Source: Craspedostauros australis (Eukaryota). From it: a DNA stretch of 64,000 nucleotides. How positions within the stretch are numbered: the stretch's first letter is position 1; every line of letters starts with the position of its first letter. Where the stretch lies: positions 62,001 through 126,000 of the forward strand of contig JALAGF010000383.1 in assembly GCA_030167865.1 (NCBI GenBank), given 5' to 3'. The notes beneath the pieces are model-generated. The model worked only from the letters and a program-made list of their open reading frames with translations, ran no database searches and had not been told where the DNA came from. Of the stretch, positions 12,001 to 22,559 are shown one piece after another. The translations under genes and the position numbers were made by a program.

Positions 12001-15000
12001 CTCAACGAGCTGAATATGGATGGAACTTTCAAGTTGGATTCTCAGGGTGAACCAATTCAGACGTACGACAACGACGACATCACATCATTTGCAAGGGCAT
12101 GGACAGGCTTGAGACGTCAGCAAACACGCGGCAACCACGAAACGCGTGGACGCAGCATTGATCCAATGGTCATCCATGCGTAAGTATTACATGGATTCAG
12201 AACCGACTGTCGAAGGATTGTGAATTGCCGGATGCGAACAAACATTCATCACATGAACGAGGCTTCATTTCGCCTGTCTCCTTTCTACCACCCAGACGCT
12301 TGGGTCCTTTTCAATCTTCTCACTCTCTTTTGCTGCCTTTCTGCTTTCTACTGTCCGCACGGCCCTCCCATCAAACGCCACTTCCATTCTATCTACCGAC
12401 CACTCGACATACTTCTTTGGTGCATCCCACAACCACAGTCGATGGCGCGACATCTTCCCAAAATCAAACTTGTACAACGGCTTCCTTGGCGATCAGCACC
12501 CGCTCTGCTCTGACCTACCGCCCCGGCATTTCCTCCGGAAAGGAGCAGTATACCGTCTGTTGGGATCGAAGGCCACACCCGAACTCCAGCAGGATCTTGC
12601 GTCTTGGGAGAACGATCCAGAAATCATTCGCCTCAGTCTTGACAACTCCAGCCCACTCTATTCAAAGCTCTGTGCAGGCTCAACCGATGGCAGCGCTTGC
12701 ACCTACCCAGGCAAAGTCGTTCTGCAAGAAAATCTTGACTACACCAATCACCAAGACAGTAGTGAGCTCAATGTCGACACTATTCGCACCATCAGGGTCG
12801 ATTCATTGCCAACCCCAATCTACTATGAGTACATCCGACCAGCCTGCGTTGAGTATGCTTTCTATGACAACGCCAAACGTGTGGTGAACTTTGTCAACGT
12901 GGGAGGGAAGACGACAAACATGCTTTGTGCCAACCCTCTCACCGAAGTGGCACAATCAAACTGCTGTGATCAATCCGATCTCGACTCTGGACTTACTCCA
13001 AGAGCAACCATGAAGTGTGCCTACCAGGGTGAAAGGGTGAAGTACGCAACTGCAGAACAGAGGTGCGCTGATGATGGAAAGGTGCAATGCGATCTTGCGT
13101 TTATTCAACCCAGGACTGCAGGTATTTGTGCGAAAGACAGCAACATAGTTATCGAACGGCGACCGCTGTCGTACAGGTGGACATCAGGTTCTTGCGCTAT
13201 CCAAGCCAAGGTTGATGTGGAAGGCCATGTTGCCATTGTTCATAATCCAGGTACGTGCACACACGAGTATCATGAGTCAAGACAAGGTCGCAGATTGGCC
13301 ACGAGTATGTACAGGCCAACAACTTCCTGCTCTCACACCTTTGCGCAACCTATGCTTGGCGTTGCACTTCATTCCATTGTTTTCATAATCATGTGATCAT
13401 GATGCCCCCCTTCCGATGGTTACGTTGGCGGGACCATGATCCACCGCAACCCCGTCACAACTCCGTCACTGCCATCGACAGAGGCCAATGCAGCAGACGA
13501 ACAGACCATCTTGCCAGGTCTTGGACCAGACACTGAGAACTTCTTCAAGGTGTTTTGGAAGGATGGCGCATTCCCCAAGGCATCCAACAACTGCTCTGGG
13601 TCGGGCGGAGCATGCACCAAGATAGGATCGTCATGTATCTGTGATACCAATACACAGTTCAAGCCATATTTCAGCTCCGCAACGGATTCCTCGGTTTCGC
13701 GCAACGGTATTCTGGACAAACTCTTTGTTGCCGCTCCAGACCCAGCATCTATGCCCACAGGAGTGTACAAGTCCCGTGGAAGCTGTGCAAGAAATCTTCC
13801 AGCCGGAGTGGCTGTGTACACGAAGGAAACATCAAGCACCTGCGGTATCTTCGACGAGGAAACAGTCTTCCGTGTAGTCGACGACAATGGAAGAACGTTG
13901 TTCCTTAAGAACGTCCAGTCTACCGTCACCATTGGAAATGATGACTTCTCCTTTCGCAACCCAGTCCATTTTATGAGCTTCGCCAACCCCGAGGCTCGCG
14001 ACGCCTACCACGAAACTGATGCCGCTCTGAATCACTACTTCTACCACCCAAATCACGCACCGTTCTTGGCGGTCCGAATGCTCCAACGATTCGGATTCTC
14101 CAACCCGTCTCCGCGATTCGTCAACGTTGTCGCGAATGCATACAAGAAGGGCTCATACCATGGAATTGGGTCCAGCCAGTATGGCGATCTCGCTGCCATG
14201 ATCACAGCCATCTTCCTCGACAGAGAATTTCGATCGCTAACGCTGGACTCTGATCCAGCATACGGTCAACTTCGCGAGCCGCTTCTCAAGGTGATCGCCG
14301 TCCTGCGATCCATGTCGTACAAAAATGACAGTCCGATCATGTGGCCATTCCTCGCAGACATGGAGGGCAAGATCGGCGAAGGCATCTACGAGGCCCCAAG
14401 TGTGTTCTCATTCTTCCTTTCTGATTTCGTTCCACCTGGACGAGTCTCAGATGCATCCCTGTACTCGCCAGAGGCCCAAGCTATCTCAGCATCGACAGTT
14501 ACTGGGATGCTCACTGGACTATTCAGAATGACTCAGTTTGGTAAGTCGGAACCAGAGTGCTGTATTGGAACATGTGTGCTTTGCTGCATGCCATGCGATG
14601 GTATTCCACACTGCGGCTTCGGCTGTCGTCATATATACATATATCACAACTTCCCTTCTCACCGATATCTTCTTTCCATATCATCTTCACCGTCTCTCCT
14701 CTTCTTTTCATTGGCAGGCATCACGTCGGCAGCATGCTTCAACGGCTTTGGTGAGGAGACGCCAAACGGCTTGAGGGGATGCGAGTCCCGAAACAACATC
14801 GGCGATACATCCAGATCATTCGGGTCGCTACAGTTTTCATCCACCGCAACTGCAGCGCCGGATCTGATCGATGAGCTTTCGCTGCTGCTGACTGCGAGCC
14901 GTTTGCAATCGGTGAACCGCCAACGCATCATCGATGCCGTTTCCCCCTTCATGGGCACAGACAAGGACAAGGCGATTCGACTGGCACAACAGCTGATCGT

Positions 15001-16348
15001 CACCACCCCAGAGTTCCATTCCAACAACGTCATTCGAATGACCGGCGAACCGCGCCTAGCCGAGCCACCTATTCCTCGAAAGACCAACACGTACAAGGCA
15101 GTGATCTACTTCATGTTCTCTGGTGGCATGGACTCCTTCAACTTGGTGGCTCCGAAGTCGGAGTGTGGATCCACTAATCTGTACCAGCAGTACAGCGATA
15201 TCCGTGGTTCGGCTGCCCTTCCACAGTCTGATCTTCTCACTATCAACGCCAGCAATCAACCGTGCGAGCGCTTCGGTGTCAACAAGGCATTCCCACTTGC
15301 GCAGACGCTGTACAATAGCAACGAAGCCATGTTTTTCGCTAACATCGGCGTTCTAGATGAACCCGTCACCAAGGAAGACTGGAAGCTCAAGACGCGCACG
15401 TTGCTGTTTGCACACAACATCCAGCAAGAGGAAGTGCAACGACTTGACATCGAGAAGGAGCTCAGCGAGTCTGGCGTCGGCGGGCGCATGCTCGACACCT
15501 TGAGAGATCTTGGATACAGGACTTCGGCCAATATGATTGGTGGCAACTCTCGCGTGGTCAAGGGATCACCAAAGAAGAATCATCCGGTGACACAGCTTCC
15601 GCTCTGGTCCCCAGCGCCATTCAACAGAGATGCCGAGGTTGACGACATGAATGCCCTGCTCAACTCCTTGAATAGCGCAAGCGAACAAGACAACAGCGTG
15701 TACGGTGATGTCTGGTCGACGCAGGTGGTGAAGAGCATCAACGACACAAAGACTCTGACGGATATCTACAACAGCAACCAAGTCGAAGGTTTTGACAATG
15801 ACAGTTTGAGCGCCTCTTTCGAGTCGATCGCGACATGGATCAAGTCGCGTGGTGACAGAGGCGTCGAACGCGAAGTCCTTTTCGTTTCGCACGGTGGTTA
15901 CGATCATCATGCAGTGAGCAGGTTCAACAACGTGAACACCAAGCTCAAGGATGTCAACGGGGCCCTCGAGTCCTTCGTGGCTGAAATGAAGCGTCAGAAT
16001 GTGTGGGATGATGTCGTGATCATGACCGGCTCTGACTTCGGACGTACCTTGACCCCCAACTCGGGTGGAGGCACTGATCATGGATGGGCGAGCAACGGCT
16101 TCATGATGGGCGGCAGCATCAAGGGTGGTGTCATTCGTGGAACATACCCAGACGACTTGACTCCTGAGGGACCGTACAACATCGGCCGTGGGCGCTTGAT
16201 CCCCACATTGCCATACGAGAGTCCATGGAATTCCATCGCGGAATGGATGGGTGTGGATTCGAGTGAAGGACTCGATACCGTCCTTCCCAACCGCGGCAGC
16301 TTCGATTCTGGCGCGCTGTTCACGGCTGACGATCTCTTCAACATGTGA
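9074..16348 (+). CDS. Probably secreted DUF1800-DUF1501 fusion protein, 5 exons, ~2119 aa
   Basis: Exons 9074-10645, 10894-12179, 12439-13250, 13482-14540 and 14718-16348. All introns are GT..AG (gtaagt/gtacgt donors) with matching phases, and the spliced length is 6360 nt. DUF1800 motifs: ARFLEKASFGVT, DQLRQRVAFALSQILVVS, PDENFAREIMQLFSIGL, YDNDDITSFARAWTG, HPNHAPFLAVRMLQRF..SNPSP, GDLAAMITAIFLD, GQLREPLLK. DUF1501 motifs: YKAVIYFMFSGGMDSFN, LFAHNIQQ, GGYDHH, SDFGRTLTPN..GTDHGW, GGSIKGG, GRLIPT. A signal-peptide-like MALVAITLVIAFPTITAA starts at ATG 9170, so the start choice is uncertain. Confidence 0.9.
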
Positions 16349-16500
16349 GGTATCACGTGCGAGCTGTCACGTGTGGGTGCTGCATCTCGAGGCAGAGTAT
16401 TCGAGTGCAACACAAAGGTGAGAGGGGGGCTTCATGTCGGAGCATTGAAACGGCATGTGCCTGCGGTCTGAATCTTACACACTCGGATTTCATCATGCAG

Positions 16501-16565
16501 CAGTACCATACAACAGTACCATACAACAGTACCATACAGCAGTACCATACAGCAGTGCCATACAG
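16501..16565 (+). repeat. 13-bp minisatellite, 5 copies (cagtaccataca[a/g])
   Basis: cagtaccatacaa x2, cagtaccatacag x2 and cagtgccatacag x1, about 150 nt downstream of the DUF1800-DUF1501 stop. Confidence 0.95.
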
Positions 16566-17600
16566 CAAACCAATTTCCCTCCTGTCGCCCGATGAGTGCA
16601 AACACCATCTCATTGAACAATTGAAGTTGTTTTGCAAAGGGCGCGATACTTGCAGAGCATGGTACTGGTAAGCAGCCAAATCAATATAGTTCGAATCCAG
16701 TTCGAAGTGATACATAGCAACGAGTATCACATCGCGGTCACCGGATCACAGAACCAGCATCATTTGTACGCTTTCAAGCTATTTACGACCTATTGTCCCT
16801 TGACTGTTGTGGTCGGAGCAACGGAACACGTTCGTCTTCGCTTTTGATTTTTGGTTTTCATCACCTCCTGACGCGGATACACCGAATCAGCTCGAAGCGT
16901 CCACAGTTTTGGTCGAAGAAGTCACAAAGGTGGCGGGTTGTTTGAAACAATGACATTTCGAGAGCCCCAGCGAATGACGCAGTGCGCGACTTCTGTTTAG
17001 TCCGATTGTGTTCGCGGTTGTTCTTTGAATGCCGTCGAAGGACTTTGCTGTCCTGTGGACAGTCAACCTCCCATGTTTCGCGTGTCGCACCGCCTCCAGG
17101 AACACAACTGACGAACGTCTCTCCCTTGTTGATGTTGGCGGCAACACCCATCAACACCATGCGCGGTCGTGCAACAGCAACAATCTCTCCCCCAACACAG
17201 CACACGGAGTCATCCATCCCCCACCCACCTCGCACAAACAACACAGAGCCCCAACACACCATCATCCCTACCTACGACACACAATTTCGATTCGCAAACT
17301 GAACTCAGCAGAGGACGGAACAGAACGTAAAATCGGATTTGCTGTTCTGTTTTTGCAGCGCATGCACACTCGCGACGCCAAACACGGCACCAACAACAAG
17401 GAACTCGATCGAAGCACCATTGCCAACACAGCGCCACCAACAACCAGCCATCCGGCCCATTCACAGATCATCGCAGATTGCCTGGCTCATCGGTTCGCCC
17501 GACATCCACCAAGACAGGTGCGAGCACGAGTGCCGACACGAGCAGAGCGACACAATAACGTTCGAGCGCCAAGATCAGCAGCGGCTCCGACAGCAACATC

Positions 17601-20600
17601 ATGGGCACTCGCACCATTCAGGAGCAACCCAACGACGCTGGCAGGCAAACGGAGCAGGATCGCCCCCTGGAGGAACGAGAGTCGCCGGAGGAGAAAGCAT
17701 GGCTGCTTTCCCGTCTGTACTTCCTCTGGACGCGACCGCTTTTCGAACGCGCGGCGGCCCTGAGCAAGAGAAGCGAGGAGGACAACCAGAGCCGCGCGCT
17801 GGAACATGACGATCTCCTCCCGTTGGCGAACATGGATCAGGGCAGCACGGTCAGCAAGCAGTTCCAGGCTGCTTGGGACGCGTGGCAGGGACCGCCGTCC
17901 GATTCTGGCGACGCTTCGTCCACCGATAGACTGTCATTCGCCATCAAGACCATGCTCGGACGTTCCTTCTGGGTCGCAGGCATCATCAAGCTCTGCAATA
18001 CCCTCTTCCAGTTCTCCTTCCCGCTCCTGCTCAACCAGATCCTCCTCTACATCGAGGACATCCAGAAGGACCCGGATGAGCACGGCGCCATCACGGATGA
18101 TGACCCGTGGGAGGTTCGCTATCGCGGATACTGGCTCTCCGCCCTTCTGCTCTTCGTCATGGCGATGAAGGCGGTCATGGAGAATGCCTACTTCCACCGC
18201 GTCTACCGCGGTGGTTACCAGGCACGCGTGGCGGTCTCCATCGCCGTGTACAACAAATCGCTTCGTTTGGCCAACGCCGAACGGCAGTCGACAACCCTCG
18301 GCGAGCTCGTCAACCTCATGCAGGTCGATGCCGCCAAGATCGAGATGTTCGTGCCTCAGGTGCACGTCCTGTGGGATGGAATACTGCAGGTCGTCGGTTA
18401 CATGGCCATCCTGTACTCTCTAATTTCATGGCCCTGCCTCATCGGTCTCGCCGTCATGATCTTTACCGCGCCGGTCCAGGTCATCGTCATGGGCAAGCTA
18501 TTCGGCCTGAACCGTTCCCTTTCCAAGTTCACGGACGTCCGTGTCAAGTCCATCAACGAAGTCCTGCAGGGCATCCAGAGCGTCAAGATGTACACGTGGG
18601 AGCAACCGGTCCAGGACGACATCGCAACGAGCCGAGGGGCCGAGCTTGGATTCTTGGGCCGCGTGGCGTACCTCCGTGGATTCTCCCGTGCATACATGAG
18701 CGCGTTGCCTGGCCTAGTCGCAGTCTGTACCTTTGTCTGCCTGGCACTTGCGGTCGACGAGCCCATCAAGGCATCCACGCTCTTCGCGGCATTGGCAGCG
18801 TTTGACCAGCTGCGTTTCCCGCTCATGTTCTACCCCATGTCCTTGGCCATGCTCGCACAGGCCAAAGTCAGCGGCGGCAGACTGCAATCGTACCTTTCAT
18901 TGAAAGAAATCCAGAACACGGAAACCGTCTCTCGGTCTCCGTCAGATGCAGTAGCCAAGCCCGCATCTGGCGATCCCAACACGAAGGAGGGCAGCCATGC
19001 AGATGACGATGAACGCACCGCCCACACGAGACCAGCTGTGCTCGTGAGCGGAACGCACAAAAGGGAACGATCGGATACTACGGCGGAGATCCGCATCGAC
19101 CATGCCAGCATCTATTGGAACGACCCCAATACCCCGCTGGTAGATCAGAGCGGGAAAGGAGAGCAGGAGACGAAGGACGACTCCAGCAACAACGGAGACA
19201 CCAATAGCGTTGCCTCCAGTCAAGATCTCGAAAGCCTCGGCGCCAGCTCCAACCCACCAGCACGTTACCCCAAGGCGATCCTCTCCGACATTTCCGTTCA
19301 TGTCGCGCAGGGCCGGCTGTGCGCTGTCGTTGGACGTGTCGCAAGTGGAAAGAGCACATTGGTCTCCGCCATCTTGAACGAGACCATCCTGCAATCTGGT
19401 TCTATCTCTTTGACAGGGACTGTCGCGTACGCCGCCCAAAGTCCATGGATCTTGAACGCAACCTTGCGTGATAACATCCTGTTCGGACAACCGTACGAAG
19501 AGGAGAAGTACCAACAAGTCCTCAAGGTAGCTCAGCTCACGCACGATCTCGAGCTGTTGGATGGTGGCGACATGGTGGAGATCGGTGAGAAGGGAATCAA
19601 CCTCTCCGGCGGACAGAAGCAACGAGTCAGCATCGCTCGTGCTGCGTATTCAAACGCGCAGGTGGTGATCCTGGACGACCCGCTGTCTGCCTTGGACCCT
19701 GAAGTTGGACGGAAGGTGTTTGAAGATTGCATCGTGGGCATGATGGAGGGCAAGACCAGGCTTTTCGTCACCAACCAATTGCAATTCTTGCCAAAGTGCG
19801 ATCACATCATCGCGCTGAAACATGGGCGCATTGTTGAGCAGGGCACCTACGATGCTATGGAGGCGTCAGACGGGGGCGAAGTACGTCGCTTGCTGCAAGA
19901 CATTTCCAACAAGCAACATAAACAACAGGAGGAAAGTGAGAAGGCGCAGGCAGCCAAACATGTCAAAGCAAAGTCGACGCCATCCAAGGCCTCTCATTCC
20001 ACCTTCAAAACGAAGGAGTTCGTCGTCAAGAACGTCCAATCTTCTGGTCCCGCGCCCAAGGCAACCTCAGCCAGCAATGATCCAGTCAGTGAGAAGATGG
20101 CAACGACAACACCAGCAGCAGCAGCAGCAGCAAACCCGAACAAGGACGACGCTGCGCCGAAGACAACGACCGGCAGTTTGCTCACAACAGAGGAACGAAG
20201 CATGGGCGCCGTGTCTCTTTCCGTCTATCTCAAGTACATTGCTGCTGGTGGTGGATTCGCGAAGTTCATGATCGTGATCATCGGTTACATCATCGGTTCT
20301 GCCAACGCGCTGGCAACGGGCGTCTGGGTCTCCCTGTGGACCAGCGATTCCGACTACGAGGATCGATCGCAGGCGTTCTACCTCACTGGGTACGCTCTCC
20401 TGGCAGTGATGCTGGGCGTCACGACCTTCATCCGGTCCGTGGTGTTGGTCCGTTTCGGAGTCTCCGCCTCCACATCGCTACACAAAGGCCTCATCCAATC
20501 TATCCTCCGGGCTCCGCAGAGCTTCTTCGACACAACACCCGTGGGTCGTATCCTGTCCCGATTCTCCAAGGACATGTACTCCATCGATATTGAGCTCGCT

Positions 20601-22196
20601 GACTTCATGGACTTCGTCCTCTTCTGCTGGCTTCAAGTGATTGTCAGCCTGGGCACCATTCTGTTCGTCACGCCCTTCTTCGGGATCTTCGTCCTCCCCC
20701 TTGGTTACATGTACATCAGGTTCATGAATTACTTCCGCAACGTGTCACGCGAAACGAAGCGGTTGGAGAGCATCGCCCGATCCCCGGTCTACGCCCAGTT
20801 CTCGGAGACCTTGGGAGGCCTTACGACCATCAGAGCATACGATCAGCTAGAGAGGTTCGTTCACGAATTTGAACAAAAGGTGAACAGCAACACACGCGCG
20901 ACATATTGCAACCGAACGGCTGATAGGTGGCTGGGGGTGAGGCTGGAATCCATCGGAGCAGTGATCGCTGGATCTGCCGCCTTCCTCGCATCCGATGTGG
21001 CACTGCGCACAGACGACTCCAACTTCGCCTCGCTGGCCGGTCTGTCGCTCACGTTCGCCATCAGCATCACAGCGCTGCTCAACTTCGGTGTTCGATCCTT
21101 CGCCTCCCTCGAGGCTGCGATGAACTCCTGCGAGCGTGTTCTGTACTATTCCGAGCACATCCCTCAAGAGGCTGCGTTCACCTCGCAAGAGCTCCTGCTC
21201 AAATCCTCCATGGATAACGCTGGGCCCGGCGCGTCTTCAGCGTCGGGAGGTGGCAGAGATGCCGACGCCGCGATTCCTCCATCTGTGTTTGCCGTTGCCG
21301 CCAAGGGCGGGCAATGCTCCCCCGTGGACGCATCGTGGCCACAGCATGGCCAGATCCAGCTAAGCAATCTCAAGATGCGGTACCGATCGGACACGCCGCT
21401 GGTCATCAAGGGATTGAACCTGACCATCCACGGCGGTGAGCGCGTCGGCGTCGTTGGACGAACCGGAAGCGGCAAGTCGTCCCTCCTGCTTTGCCTGCTG
21501 CGTCTGGTGGAACCGGACATGGCAGGAGAGACCAAGGAGAGCTACGTGTCGCCAATCTCAATCGATGGCGTGGACACGTTGCGCATCGGTCTGCAGGAGC
21601 TGCGATCGAGGATCGGCATCATCCCGCAGAACCCGGTCTTGTTCAGCGGCACCATCCGCTCCAACATCGATCCTTTCCATCAGCACACTGACGATGACAT
21701 CTGGACGGCGCTGGACCAATGCGGTATGAAGGATGCCGTGGAAGCCATGCCAGGGCTTCTCCATGCCGTGGTCGCTGAGTACGGAGAGAATCTGAGCGCC
21801 GGCATGCGCCAGCTGCTCGTTCTTGGCAGGGCCTTGCTCAAACAATGCAAAATCCTCCTTCTCGACGAAGCAACGTCGAGCGTCGACTACGAAACCGACA
21901 AGGAGATCCAACGCACCATCCGCCAAGCATTCAAGGGATGCACCGTGCTGACGATTGCCCACAGGATCAACACCATCATGGATTCCGACAAGATCCTGGT
22001 GATGAAGGACGGCTTGGTGGAAGAATTCGCATCGCCTGAGGACCTCCTTGCTGATGAAACCACGACCTTTTCGGAAATCGTCCGCCAAACCCAAACCAAC
22101 AACGATGAAGATGGTGATGGAGAAACCGGCGGCGCCATGGGAGCCATCGGCGAAGACAATGAGTCATCTGTGGAACCAGTGGAAGAACGCACATGA
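17601..22196 (+). CDS. ABCC/MRP-type ABC transporter (short form without TMD0), 1531 aa, intronless
   Basis: TMD1-NBD1-TMD2-NBD2 layout. NBD1 has GRVASGKS, IGEKGINLSGGQKQR and VILDDPLSALD. NBD2 has GRTGSGKS, GENLSAGMRQ and LLLDEATSSVD. ABCC hallmarks include the lasso-like PLEERESPEEKAWLLSRLYFLW, FFDTTPVGRILSRFSKD and VLTIAHRINTI. Confidence 0.96.
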   Translation: MGTRTIQEQPNDAGRQTEQDRPLEERESPEEKAWLLSRLYFLWTRPLFERAAALSKRSEEDNQSRALEHDDLLPLANMDQGSTVSKQFQAAWDAWQGPPSDSGDASSTDRLSFAIKTMLGRSFWVAGIIKLCNTLFQFSFPLLLNQILLYIEDIQKDPDEHGAITDDDPWEVRYRGYWLSALLLFVMAMKAVMENAYFHRVYRGGYQARVAVSIAVYNKSLRLANAERQSTTLGELVNLMQVDAAKIEMFVPQVHVLWDGILQVVGYMAILYSLISWPCLIGLAVMIFTAPVQVIVMGKLFGLNRSLSKFTDVRVKSINEVLQGIQSVKMYTWEQPVQDDIATSRGAELGFLGRVAYLRGFSRAYMSALPGLVAVCTFVCLALAVDEPIKASTLFAALAAFDQLRFPLMFYPMSLAMLAQAKVSGGRLQSYLSLKEIQNTETVSRSPSDAVAKPASGDPNTKEGSHADDDERTAHTRPAVLVSGTHKRERSDTTAEIRIDHASIYWNDPNTPLVDQSGKGEQETKDDSSNNGDTNSVASSQDLESLGASSNPPARYPKAILSDISVHVAQGRLCAVVGRVASGKSTLVSAILNETILQSGSISLTGTVAYAAQSPWILNATLRDNILFGQPYEEEKYQQVLKVAQLTHDLELLDGGDMVEIGEKGINLSGGQKQRVSIARAAYSNAQVVILDDPLSALDPEVGRKVFEDCIVGMMEGKTRLFVTNQLQFLPKCDHIIALKHGRIVEQGTYDAMEASDGGEVRRLLQDISNKQHKQQEESEKAQAAKHVKAKSTPSKASHSTFKTKEFVVKNVQSSGPAPKATSASNDPVSEKMATTTPAAAAAANPNKDDAAPKTTTGSLLTTEERSMGAVSLSVYLKYIAAGGGFAKFMIVIIGYIIGSANALATGVWVSLWTSDSDYEDRSQAFYLTGYALLAVMLGVTTFIRSVVLVRFGVSASTSLHKGLIQSILRAPQSFFDTTPVGRILSRFSKDMYSIDIELADFMDFVLFCWLQVIVSLGTILFVTPFFGIFVLPLGYMYIRFMNYFRNVSRETKRLESIARSPVYAQFSETLGGLTTIRAYDQLERFVHEFEQKVNSNTRATYCNRTADRWLGVRLESIGAVIAGSAAFLASDVALRTDDSNFASLAGLSLTFAISITALLNFGVRSFASLEAAMNSCERVLYYSEHIPQEAAFTSQELLLKSSMDNAGPGASSASGGGRDADAAIPPSVFAVAAKGGQCSPVDASWPQHGQIQLSNLKMRYRSDTPLVIKGLNLTIHGGERVGVVGRTGSGKSSLLLCLLRLVEPDMAGETKESYVSPISIDGVDTLRIGLQELRSRIGIIPQNPVLFSGTIRSNIDPFHQHTDDDIWTALDQCGMKDAVEAMPGLLHAVVAEYGENLSAGMRQLLVLGRALLKQCKILLLDEATSSVDYETDKEIQRTIRQAFKGCTVLTIAHRINTIMDSDKILVMKDGLVEEFASPEDLLADETTTFSEIVRQTQTNNDEDGDGETGGAMGAIGEDNESSVEPVEERT

Positions 22197-22559
22197 AGAT
22201 TCCCTCGTTCTGAGAGGTGAAGAGATCCAATGCAGAATTATAAAAAGATAAAATACGATGAAAACACAATCAGCAACAACCTGCTCACGAGACCTAGCCA
22301 CATGTCGCCAATCGCGCACGTTTGCGTCAGAGCATTAGAAGTCTCGACAAGAAGTCATTTGCGCAACAAGCAAACCATGACATGTGCAACGACGACAACC
22401 ACAGAAAGAAGGGTGCTAGATGTTATGGATGTAAAACAACGAAAATTTGTCATCAATGTAACGTCGTGCGTATGCGCGTGTATCATTTATTCAATGCAAT
22501 CACAATCTCTGGAAGCTTTGGAAACCTGGCACCTACATGAAGTCATGCCATAGCATCAG

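Noticed and set aside
9074-16348. Bacterial contamination or an operon of four separate ORFs
   Set aside because: Canonical spliceosomal introns with consistent phases join the ORFs, and the neighbours are clearly eukaryotic genes.
16501-16565. CRISPR-like array
   Set aside because: The units are 13-bp head-to-tail repeats with no spacers, in a eukaryotic context with no cas genes.
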